64,000 nucleotides of DNA from Octopus sinensis (taxonomy: Eukaryota), in the NCBI RefSeq assembly GCF_006345805.1, contig NC_043001.1, positions 39,618,001 through 39,682,000 on the forward strand. Reading direction: 5' to 3'. A program made the translations under genes and the position numbers. Numbering within the stretch: the stretch's first letter is position 1; every line of letters starts with the position of its first letter. The notes beneath the pieces are model-generated. The model ran no database searches. It was not told where the DNA came from and saw nothing but the letters and a program-made list of their open reading frames with translations. This document shows, piece by piece, positions 52,310 to 64,000 of the stretch.

Positions 52310-53316
52310 ATTCTATATGAGTTTAATTTTATAATACAATACCTGCAATTTATAAAATTTTTGGATAATGAGTTTTGTTAAGAAAATAAAATTTAAAAAT
52401 AATGTCCTGAAAATAAGTCAGAATGTTTTGACTTCATTCAAAGAAATTATTAAATGAAAAATATTAACTTAAATTTAAAAAGATTGTAATATTAAGCAAA
52501 AATTTTAAAAAAACACTACTTCATGAACAATTTCAGAAATTTATTTAGCAAATTCAGCAGCAATATTGTAAATTTTTTTTACTTCTTGTCCTGTAGCTTT
52601 CAGACTGAATTATGGCTTGCTCTGTACTTTTCCAGGTTTAATACTTAATATTCTAGGAGTCTGTATCTGCATTTTTCATTCTTGTCTACTACTTTTTTTT
52701 CCAGGAAACGTTTCTATTATCATAATTAATTGTTTACCTTTACAATTGAAAACTGATATTATTGTAAATATTTTTTTTTTAAATACAGGTTTTATTAAAA
52801 CTTAGAAATCTTATTTGCACATAAAAATAACAAAGGATTAATAGCAGCATGTTTGTTACCAATAAATATATTTCAAAACGAGTTTTTGTTATAAAATAAT
52901 AATTAGTACCTTTCATTTTAATATGTTTTTAATATGTACATGATTTAATACATAAACAAAATAATAGAAATTAATATGAAATCACAAAAAAATCATAATT
53001 ATTCTTATGCTTAATATTTTTAGACTGGGATTTCTCAAAAATATTTGCCTCGATGTCTTTCATTTGAGTTCAAATAATATTTTTCTCTTAGAAAGACAAA
53101 AGTTTTTAGTTTCTTTAAATTGTTTGCATCACTTAAAGCAATACAACAGTTTTTGTAGCTAATATATTTTGACAAGATTTTCACCATAAAAATATACTCA
53201 TAGAGCTCTTTCTTGTGAAGTGAATCTCAAATACAAAATAGCTGTAAAAACAGCTTAACCTTAGGAAAAAATTGTTCACAAGCTGCTAGAGAGTATCAAT
53301 CCTGTACCTCATAAAC

Positions 53317-55667
53317 CAGGGGTGTCAAACATATGGCTCACAACAGGAACCTGCCCACTATGAGGTTTCATCTAGCCCATGGGATGACTTTGAAAAGTGT
53401 AAAAATTATATTATATATTTACTTATCATTGTGAATGTTGATTGTTTGAGTATAACTGATGATAGTGTCAATGATTCAATTTTTAATAGAAAAACTCCCT
53501 TAAAATATTCAAAGATTTGTTTAAATTTTCTATTGGAATAAATATTTTTTTAAAAATTAATTCAATGACTAACAACATGTTTTCTTTCTTTAGGTCAACA
53601 TTTCGCTCTGTTTTACCTTATCCAAAATGTTTTTGTCAAAAAGGAGAAAAGGGGATATAGAGTGTAGATTATTTCAAGAAAAGTGGTCCTTTTTCTATTT
53701 ATTCGTGGAAGTGAATAGGAAACCTGTGTGGCTGGTGTGTTCACAGCAGGTTTCAGTACTCAAAGAATATAACATTCGGTGCCACTATGAGACTCATCAT
53801 GCTGACAAATGCAATAACTTGCAAGGACAAATGAGAAGAGAGAAGGTAAATAAATTGTTAGTGAATCTGAAGAAACAACAGTCTGTTTTAACCCAAAACT
53901 GAGAGATTGGTCAGACAGCAGTAAAAGCTAGCGACCTTGTTGCTAGAGAAATAGAATTAGCATCAAAGCTGTACTGTGAGGGTGAGTTCGTGAAAACATG
54001 CACACTGAAGGCCGCAGAAATTGTATGCCCTGAGAAGTGACAGACTTTTAACAACATTAGCCAAACAAGAAACACTGTGGCACAAAAGAATTTCAGATTT
54101 TTCTGCAGATATGGACAGGCAACTGAAGCACAAAGTCAAGTGATTTATTACATTTTTAGTTGCAATTGATGAGAGTATGGACATTATGCGTGTTGTGCAA
54201 CTAGCCATTTGTGGTGTAGATGAGACTTTGACCGTCATCAAGGAGTTCCTGGAGTCGGTTCTTATGATGGACCCTGCAACAGCAAATGACATATTCATAT
54301 CTCTTGTTGGAGTGCTGAACAGGGTATGAGTGGACTGGGCCAGTGCTGTCAGTATGGCTACAGATGGCACTGCATCAATGATTGGGGAAAAAGCGGGTGT
54401 TGTGATGCATTTCAGAGAGAAAGTATAGACTGTAAATGGAGGATGTGATTTTTGGATATTTTACTGCATTTTGCACCAAGAGTCACTGTGTTGCAAATCA
54501 TTCAAAATGGATCACATCATGGAAGTGATCATCTGAACTGTTAATATCATCCGAATTAGGGGTCTGAATCACTGTCAGTTTGACAATCTTCTCAGTGATA
54601 TAGGCATTGCCTATAGCTTGCCATATCACATTGAAATAAGGTGGTTAAAGCATTTCTTTATCTACGAGAAGAAATTGAACAGTTCATGGAGAAAAAGGGC
54701 AAAACTGGTGTTAGAATTTCAATCACCAGAATGGCTGCAAGATTTGGCATTTATCGTGGATATTACAGAGCACTTAAATAATCTGAACAAAATGCTGCAA
54801 GGCCATAAACAAAGTTGTCACACAGTATTTCGAAAGCATACACATGTTCAAGTTGAAGCTAACTTTGTGGGAGATACAACAGTCAGGTAGTGAACCTGCT
54901 CGTTTTCCTTGTCTAAAAGTGTTGACATTAACTGGTACAAAGACAATGTCATGGGATTGCTGTGAGAGTTTGAGCAACAGTTTCAGATTTTTGATGAACT
55001 TGAGACAGATTTCACAGATTTTCACTTGCAATTTACAGTCAGCACCTCTGATCTGCCCATCCGCATCCAGCTTGAAATGATTGACTCACAGTGTGATTCA
55101 GATTTGAAGAACGAATTTACCTCAGTGGTCTTGGACAAATTTCATCAGTATCTCTTGCCAAAGTACCCCAAATTGACAGCCCTTGTTGCAAAAGTTTTGT
55201 GCATGTTCAGGACTGCCTACCTTTGTGTACAGGTTTTCTCTGTAATGAGCATCAATAAAACAAAGCTTGTCTCAAGGCTCACATATTAACACCTAAATGA
55301 CATTCTGAAATTGGCTGCTACTCAGGATTTGATGCCTAATATTGATGCACTTGTGAAGGAGAAAAGGTGCCCATTTTCAGGAACATATTGAAAATAAATG
55401 ATAAAAAATAATAAAAGTATTTTTAAATGCCTTTCAAAGTACTTTTTTTTAATTTATAAATTGTATACATTTACAAGACAATGTGATAACTCAGTCTTCT
55501 TTAACAGTTCCCACTAACACTGCAATAAAAATTGTTCTTTAAACATGAACATTTTCAGAATGTATTTTTGAACACTAAAACAAAGGGAAAATTTTTTGAA
55601 ATTGCTAGTTATAGGTTTTTATGCCTTGATTTACTGGTCTGGCCTGCTTGAGATTAAATTGGGTTGA
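53317..55667 (+). mobile_element. hAT element (SPIN/GTF2IRD2-like), decayed transposase about 53627-55390, 3' TIR not seen
   Basis: 5' CAGGGGTGTCAAAC; FQEKW..FY.FVE...PVWLVC...KEYNIRCHYET, IDES, LATDG-like, HQESLC, WLQDLAF.VDIT.HLN.LN and FRTAYLC.QVFS.M..NK motifs. Confidence 0.88.
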
Positions 55668-56149
55668 TATGCATAATAGTAATTATGTATAATAAGTAAT
55701 TATTTTCTGTCAAATAAATTTATGAATATTATTCCTTTCCTTTTTGTTATTATTCTGTTTCATTCTGCCTTTGACTATCTACATATGGTGACCTTTCACA
55801 TCTCACCACTACATTTAGTAAATCTGATGTACACACATATCTATCCCTTACACGCTGCATTAAAGGTGTGTTCCTGGTGAATCTCAAACAATCAATTCAA
55901 TGCACTCATCTTTTGAGCAACATTACACAAAACATCCAACCAGGTATGACTACTTCTTCCTCTCTAAGCAAGTTGGATTGCTAGGCTGCTGACTTGACTG
56001 CTGGAGCCTTGTTGGTGTCAGGAGGCTGCATTTTGCAATAATATGGTTCTATTTGATGATAGTGTATGGAGAGTCACCTTAACTTTTGATATTGAGGTAA
56101 GTGTCATAAAATTTCACAGATGGATTTTCACAAACATAGGCTCATAGAG

Positions 56150-57080
56150 GTCACCAGTACAGGCAATCCAATCATTCTACAAGATTTTTGAAATTTTATG
56201 CACATAGAACAAAAGAGTTTCTTTGATGTAAATGTAAAAAAATTAAATTGTGGTCAACAAGCAGCATTTCAGATCATTAAAGTGGCAATTCACAATTCAA
56301 AAGCAGATACTGTCACAAGATATACACAATGAAAATCATATGCACAGAATACAGAAAATCAAAACAACCAAATTCAGTTCAACAACTTTATGCTTCATGT
56401 AGGAAATGGTTCTGTAGTAGAAGTAAATGGTGAAATTATTATACCCGAGGAATGTAAGGGAGTTTATAAATTCAATGAACTCATTCCCTTGGTTTTCAAT
56501 AGAAATGTCATACAGAAATACATTGCAGATCCAGAAAGTTTTTCAAAGATTGTTGTTTTAGCACCCAAAAATATCGATGTTGATCTCATAAAAGGAAATA
56601 CTGAAACTTCTTCCAGGAAATGAAAAGGTTCTCTTTAATGATAATCAATGTTTGCATCAGGATGACCCTTCAGAATTCACAACAGAGTACTTAAATAAGC
56701 TAAATATTTCAGGTTTACCATCACACATATTTAAATTAAAAACTAATGCAGTAATTATTTCTTTACATACAATTGACCAAGTTCATAGCATTTGTAATGA
56801 ATGGTACATGTTTAGTTATTCAAGTCATTTAGGTAAACGTTATAACTGAAGATCTACATCACAGAAAAACTATTTATACCAGGAGTTATACTTTCTTCAG
56901 TAGGTGAAGCATAACCATTTATATAAATTAGATAAGAGTTTTTTATTAAATTAGCAATGGCAATGACTATCAATAAATGACAAAGACAAACATTTGAAAA
57001 TATTGTTTTGTATTTACCAAAGCCCGTATTTACACATGGACAAGGATATGTTGCCTTCTCAAGAATGACTACAGAGTTTC
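56150..57080 (+). mobile_element. Decayed Helitron/PIF1 helicase C-terminal fragment
   Basis: VLAPKN, EYLNKL..SGLP.H..KLK and AMTINK*Q.QT...VFTHGQ.YVAFSR motifs, with stops. Confidence 0.8.
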
Positions 57081-57649
57081 CAGGATTGAACATGCACACA
57101 CACACACATACATATATATATATAATATAAATAATATTTAAATATATGCATATATATTTATATATACATGCATATATGGGTACAGGACTTCAAAAAAACA
57201 TAGACAGAATAAGAAACAAGAACATAAAAAACAAAAACATAGAAAACGAATTTTTTTTTTGAACAACAGAAAAAACAAACAGAGAATCAAGACAAGCAAC
57301 ATAAAGAACATTCCCTTCATCAGTTGTCCCCTGTTTTATCTACTCCGTGTTTCAAAAGTAAGAAGAAGATGCGACTTCATTAAAACAGTCCTTCCCGAAA
57401 AGCAAATTAAACAAAATTTGGGACACCAAACAAACAAACAAACGTTCCACAATGAAGTTCTCATTTAGAAAGACTCCTGACAATGAAACCAACAATACAG
57501 ATTTCAGCCATACACCACAACAAATAGTATTTATCTACATATCAGGCTACACACAAATTACAAAATATGAAAGCAACAAAACAATCATTTAAAAAACGTG
57601 GAGTGAATTTGAAGTTTGAAAGTAGTTTATCTTATTGTAAGCTGTTATT

Positions 57650-58205
57650 ATGCAGGTTGAAGTATAAAATACTCAAACATGGGTAGATAAACCTCTCTTT
57701 ATCATCTATTTCATCATTCTTTCCCAAGTGGGGTAACCATGTGTCACTATCTTCCACTCTAACTACCTCTCCATCCCTTTCTAATCTGTCTTTCTTAACT
57801 GGGTTACCATGCATCTCCTCCACAACAAGACACTTATCTCTTTTCCTCTAACTTTAACCTCTCCTCTCTCAAAAGGTCTTGGTCTTGAAAGTTACTTGGA
57901 GGCCCCACCAATGCTGGTGCCATGTAACATACATTGGTACTGGTGCTATGTTGAATGCATCCAGTACACTCTATAAAGTGGTTGGCATTAGGAGGGACAT
58001 CCAGTTGAAAAACCCATGCCATTGTGCTGGTGTTACATAAAAAGAACACAGGACACTCTGTAAAATGGCTGGCCTTAGGAAGGTCATCCATACAAACTAT
58101 ATCAAAGTAGATATTGGAGCCTGGTATAGTTTTCTGTTTTGCCAGCTCCTGTCAAATAATCCAGCTTTTGTCAGCAGGGAAAATGGACATTAAATGATGA
58201 TGATT
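57650..58205 (+). mobile_element. RTE 3'-region copy
   Basis: Collinear with 24450-24848; ends ggacattaaatgatgatg. Confidence 0.7.
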
Positions 58206-58334
58206 ATGACTTCAATTGAGGATGGACGAATGACATAATCGATAAGGAAATCATATTTATGCCGACAACTTTCTTAACATAACCACTCACTTCAAAAAAC
58301 AAAAACGTTCAGCAGGAACACAATAATATGTAAA

Positions 58335-58730
58335 GGAGTGGCTGTGTGGTAAGTAGCTTGCTAACCAACCACATGGTTCCGGGTTCAGTCCCACTGCGTG
58401 GCATCTTGGGCAAGTGTCTTCTGCTATAGCCCCAGGCCGACCAATGCCTTGTGAGTGGATTTGGTAGACGGAAACTGAAAGAAGCCTGTCGTATATATAT
58501 ATGTGTGTATGTGTGTGTGTGTTTGTGTGTGTGTTTGTCCCCCTAGCATTGCTTGACACCCGATGCTGGTGTGTTTACGTCCCTGTCACTTAGCGGTTCG
58601 GCAAAAGAGACCGATAGAATAAGTACTGGGCTTACAAAGAATAAGTCCCGGGGTCGATTTGCTCGACTAAAGGTGGTGCTCCAGCATGGCCGCAGTCAAA
58701 TGACTGAAACAAGTAAAAGAGTAAGAGTAA
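58335..58730 (+). repeat. tRNA-headed SINE family 1, full length
   Basis: GGAGTGGCTGTGTGGTAAG (A-box-like), GGGTTCAGTCCC (B-box-like), internal TA/GT tract and a short tandem tail. Confidence 0.9.
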
Positions 58731-59450
58731 TATACAGCAATAGATTCAAAAACAAATATTCATCCAGGAACATATATTTCTTTTACTTTAAATTCATTAA
58801 CTTTTTCATAATATCAATTTTAATAGGTTTTTTTTTGCAAAATTAATATTACTGCATCTATGTTTATTAATACTTTCAGATAGTGAATAAATACATGTCC
58901 AGTAACACAAAGAACAAAAAAATCAGATCCACACAACTATTATGAAGATACCATACCTTAAGAACATTTCCCGTGAAACAATTGTATGTGATGGACTCAC
59001 TAAAATGTTAGGAATAACCTAGGGATTATACAATAATCTAAGAAACCTATGCATAACATGAAATAGTTGCAGTAACAATATACACTGAAAATGTATTCAA
59101 TAATAATTCAGCATACTTTAATATTGCACATAGCATTCATTTCAATAGCAAGCAAATCTCCCTTAAACCACACCTAAAGAGGTGATACAACCATCTTCAG
59201 ATACTCTATACACACCACCCTTATTTTAATACTGTTTCCACCAGCATGCCATATGTATATTCATGCATATGCAGTATAGGAATATATGATACAATTGTAA
59301 TAAAATCAATGTAAAATGTTATCTTAAAGATAGCATTTTCACACTAGTATACATGTGTGTGCATTATATGAATATATAAAGAGAATATATATATATGCAC
59401 ATGTACATACATACATACATACATACATACGTTCATACATATGTACGTAT

Positions 59451-59454
<4 letters not shown>

Positions 59455-59495
<41 letters not shown>

Positions 59496-59508
59496 TAGAC
59501 AGATAGAC

Positions 59509-59571
<63 letters not shown>

Positions 59572-59580
59572 CAGATAGAT
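59455..59580. repeat. (GACA)n/(GATA)n microsatellite
   Basis: Seen directly. Confidence 0.95.
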
Positions 59581-60482
59581 ATTGATAGATAGCTATTATG
59601 TATATTGTGTGTGTATTTACATAAGCTACTGTTCATTTTGGCAAGGCAGTTAGATAGAAGTAAAATTTCCAGCTTCAAACAAAATATAAATTTAAACTTT
59701 CGTAATAAAACATTTGAAATTATAAAGCAAGTTATACTGGCTTGAATTTAAGCTGTATTTCAATTATTAAACAATATTTACTTACTGACTACGAGTCTTA
59801 CATTGACATCATATGGTGTAAATACGGATGTAAAACTAAATGAAGCCTGTGTAGGAGATCAGAACACATGTTTTTACCTTGCTTACATAACTTTTAGGAC
59901 AACCAATTATTTTGAACGTTATTTACTTCTCTTTTTATTCTTACTACTACTATCATTCTATTATCATCAAACTAATTAAGCTATGTAGATAGCTCAACTG
60001 AAATTATTTCACTTTTGAATGTTTTTTGACTCTTCTACTTTCATTTCCTTATTTGTATAATTTATTCTCCTCTCTTACTCCCACTCTCTTTTCACTTGCA
60101 TTCCACAATATAAAGAATGAAAGAGCTGAGAATGAAAATATTTACCACAAAAGAAGGAGACAGAGACAAAGAGAGAGAGAGTGAGAGAGAGAGAATGAGA
60201 GAGAAAGACTGAGAGAGAGAGAGAGATTGAGAAAAACAGCTGTAATTTTTGTTTTCCTTTTCTGTCTCCCTTTACCCTATCGTTATCTTTGGCTGTCTAA
60301 TTTATTTTGTCCAAGGTTTGTTTTTCTTTCTGTTTTTCTTTCTCATTTTCAACAGTTTTTCATTTTATACTGTCCTCAACTTTGCATCTCAATGTTGACC
60401 CTCATTCATTAAGGCAACCAACAAAGCACCACAACTCTGATCTTGGTTTATTTTTAGATGGTTCTGCACAGTGAGTGCTACC

Positions 60483-61930
60483 ATCAGTACCATCATCATC
60501 ATCATCATCATCTTCATCATCATATTCATCATCATATTCATAATCATATTCATCATCATCATCATCATCATCATCATCGTTTTCCATGCAGTCATTTGAC
60601 AGAATCTGATGAGCCAGAAGAATGTATTGAATTAGAACGTCTGCATTTATATAACAGTTTCTTCAGATGGGTGCCCTTCCTGATGCCAGTCATTTTACTA
60701 AGTGTACTGAGTACATTTTTCATGGTGTCAGCACTAATGAGGTCACACAGTAGTTCACAAGACAATGTCACTTGACTTGAATAGGGGTCTGTAGTAAGGG
60801 ACCTACCTGGATTTATACAAGGTATTGAGGGGCTGCAACAAGTGTTTTGTTGCTGAGGACATACATGACTACCCCAACTGGCAAGGGAGAAAAGATGGTG
60901 ATGGTGAGGTGTCAGGGCATATCTTCAAGATACAAGAAGGTGAATATAAGAGAGAATAGGGATAGAGGACCAGAAGGGTGGATGTGTAAGTTCAAAAGAG
61001 TATGAAAGAAGATTGACAAATGGTTAGAGATGGAGATAGAAGTGAATGTAGTGGATGGTGAACATTAGTGAAAGCAATCAATGGTGAATTTCAGTTTGGG
61101 ACGAGGTGAAGGAAAATAGGAATGGATCATGAAAGATGAGGTAATAAATGGAAATACATAAAAGTCGGGTTGCGAGAAGAAATGGAGAGATGATGTGTAG
61201 AGTGTATGCAGTGGAGATGAGAGGAAGGTACTGTACAGTGATGAAAGTCACACATACATAGAGGTAAAAATGGTGAGTGATGAACAAAGGTGGGGAAGGC
61301 CCAATGATGTTTGGTATGTGAAAGTGTTCAGGGTAATGGGGCATTCACTGGAAAATATAGTGGTAAAGGACAACATTGTGAATACAAGATGTTTGGCAAG
61401 GGAAGTGGTTCCAAGGAGAAGGTTAAGTAGCAACACAAAAAAGTTGGATGAAATATGTGCAGCTTTGTTCGCATATAGTTACAATTGCTGAGTAAATAGT
61501 ACCATAGTTGAAAGAGTGAAGGAAGGGCAGGCATTAAAAAGATGTGTTGTTGGGAAAGTTTGTTTGGGACAGATTTGGTGTGAGTTGGTAAGTATATACA
61601 AGATGATTTTAGGACCTCATTTTTGGCTGAGATAAGCAGGTCTTCTTGAGCACAGCAAGTCACCACTTATCTCTGTTTTTTTTTTCTTTTTTTTGTCATC
61701 TGCATGGGGTTCAATATCTTGAAATCAATCTTCATTACTTCATTCTAAGTCTTCCTGAATTTTTTCATAAATTCCATCCACATTTAATGATCAGCACTTC
61801 TTTATGCAGCTGCCTTCATCATTGTCCATCACATTACAATACCAGTGCAGTCATCTCTCTTGCACACAAAATCCAATGACTCTTATGCCCAATTTTTCTC
61901 TCAACACATTTCATTTTCACTTTGTTGTAC
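60483..61930 (-). mobile_element. RTE 3' part (ORF end, 3' region, (CAT)n tail), degraded
   Basis: 61700-61920 is antisense to the RTE C-terminus seen at 19150-19350; tail at 60483-60578. Confidence 0.6.
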
Positions 61931-63078
61931 ATCCAATGGAATATGCTAACTTCATTTATTTCTTGACTTTACATGTGTAAAAACTAACATTTCATTTTCA
62001 GAACAGGTTCAAAACCAAATCTAATGATTCTCACTTGCTTGATCCACCACTGGCAGAACAGACGCGAAAGAAATTTCTTTGTCCTGTCAAAAAGTGATGG
62101 ATGGATTTCCATTCGGCCTCCAGCCTGAGCTGTGTCACTGAGTTACATAGCAAAAACTCAACAAGTTGTTGATGCCATAGTTTCATGTTTGCAAAAAAAA
62201 AAAATGAAATATATCATATAAAGAAAATAAGAAATATTGACCGTGTTTTACCTTGTGACAATCTAGATGTTTTGGTAAGTATTCAACTCACTGCCACTGT
62301 TAAACTGAAAAGAGTATTTAACCAAATTTAGATGTTGATACATATATAAATGCATACACATGTACATAAATATAAATACATGTGCATGCACACCCACACA
62401 TAAATACATGCATGCACACACACGCTCACACACACACACTAGATACTTGATGAGAGCTGTCATATTTGGTTTGGGAGAGTATTCACTGAATGTGTAATGA
62501 ATGCCCTCTCCAACATTAATGCCACAATTACCAGTCTTGTTAAATGACTCATTATTATCCTGATTATATACAATGACAAAATATCTAATTCAAAATCATA
62601 GTGAGATAAATTTACTATAGAGAAATCTATTACAAATAATATGGATAGAAATGACAAAATTAAACTAACCGGAGAAAAGTTGAAACAAAATATTGAGAGA
62701 TGTATGCAAAACCTTTTTAGTTGTAGTTACAGAAAGAATCAACTATAAATTGCATTTTCCTGGGAGTTATAAACTTAATAATAACCTGCTTAAGATGACA
62801 AAAGAAGATCCTCTTTGACAACAAAATAATACTGCAATGAACTTCATTCAGAACTAAATTATTTTAAGTAGAACAATTATGTAACCAAGGAACATATGTT
62901 GAGTGCAAACAAGCATTTGATTACAATAATTTTTACTGGAAAATTATTAGTATAATCTTTTTCCTCAAAATGTAAATACTGTACAAATAACACTAGGTGG
63001 ATTATCTCCTTTATCAGGCATGCATTCATTAACAAGCCAAGCCTGTACTAATACTATGCTCCTATAATGGGAGGCAGG

Positions 63079-63556
63079 GTTTACGATATTGGGTGACTAT
63101 CGCCTTCTCCCATTAAATATTGTTCTCCGTGTAGTTCAGGCTTTAGCAGGTGAGGAAAGAAGTCTTTAAGTACAAATGCAATTTACAACCGGTTTATTTA
63201 CAAGTTTCACAGAATAGGTGAAGTGTGCTGCTCTCAGCATACCATCTCAAGCTGTGTGCATTTCGTTGTATCTCTGTTAACGTGGGCCCATTGCCTATGA
63301 AGATACAACATGCAGACAGGACTAGCTTGGAGACCCAGCCAGTGAAGTGTGTTCAGCAAGTGCTTGTGGTGAAAAGAGAATGAATCTGTTTTTGTTGGGC
63401 CTTTATATCCAGTTTGCCATCGTGAGCCTGATTGTGATCTCGCACATAGCAAATGGATGCAGGTGAGGTCTCACTCCAGTCTCAAAGATAGCAATGGTTG
63501 CCATGAGATCGCATCCAATATGGCGCTGACTGCTTGTGCCACTACACTCCCTAACA
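63079..63556 (-). mobile_element. Possible solo LTR
   Basis: Minus strand begins TGTTAGGG, has AATAAA near 63195 and an imperfect inverted end (gtttacg), and is GC-richer than its flanks. No clear TSD. Confidence 0.4.
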
Positions 63557-64000
63557 ATCAGGCTGACCACTCTACTTCCAATATACTATCATTTACCCAA
63601 ACTGGCTGTCCTAAATATGCTGTCAGAAAACCTAATAATAGTGATGATAAAAAAATATACTGAACAAGAAGAGTGAGAAGCATAAACTCTTCAATTGTTG
63701 TCTCTGAAATTTTTCAAGAGAAGATTACTTCATTTTTAAAACACTAACTGCAGAAAAGATCTCATCTACCTAACATGAATAAAAAAAGTACTAGTTCTAA
63801 TGGTGCTTAAAGAAATCAAGGGAGAATATCTGCAAACTCAACAACTGCAATGAATCATCTTATATATACTGAAAATTAAAGAAAAAAAAAACAATAGAAA
63901 AAAACCATTGAGGATTTAGGAAGAGACAAAAAGGGTTTGTGGAGAATTATCAGTTATGAAGCATTGTGTATCACACACAAACAAATAACCACACTTAAAT

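Noticed and set aside
53627-55390. Domesticated GTF2IRD2/EPM2AIP1-like host gene
   Set aside because: Multiple stops and frameshifts plus a 5' TIR indicate a dead hAT copy.
57310-57356. Minus-strand GAAAC...GTA...CTGATGA as a type-II hammerhead
   Set aside because: Helix I cannot form and helix II would be almost all G.U pairs.
58335-58410. tRNA gene
   Set aside because: It has A/B-box-like motifs but no convincing cloverleaf, and it continues into a multi-copy SINE body.
62252-62304. Possible 53-nt upstream exon of the Ig gene (ttttcag acceptor, GTAAAA donor)
   Set aside because: Weak donor, no signal-peptide frame, and indistinguishable from chance without RNA data.

Overview
AT-rich, repeat-dense eukaryotic DNA. 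The repeat families (tRNA-headed SINEs, RTE LINEs with (GAT)n tails, abundant TA/CA microsatellites) look like those of octopus or another coleoid cephalopod; this is inferred from recognising them, not from a search. The only host gene I can support is a minus-strand immunoglobulin-superfamily gene. Four phase-1/phase-1 exons (37605-37889, 25116-25427, 7095-7352, 4589-4843) splice into 370 open codons encoding four Ig domains; the first and last exons were not found. The rest is mobile DNA: a perfect head-to-tail Helitron dimer (29373-36783) whose second unit has an uninterrupted helicase ORF lacking the HUH motif, a second non-autonomous Helitron family, RTE and CR1-like LINEs, Penelope-like (PLE) remnants, Tigger, mariner and hAT relics, and SINEs. 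The most unusual signal is a set of sequence-unrelated fold-back elements, mostly next to (TA)n tracts, several carrying minimal type-I hammerhead-ribozyme motifs with palindromic helix III. The clearest are a 585-bp near-perfect palindrome with a hammerhead in each arm and a 573-bp element with an intact hammerhead core and a 17-bp flanking direct repeat. All alignments and folds were done by eye, and the boundaries of decayed elements are approximate.
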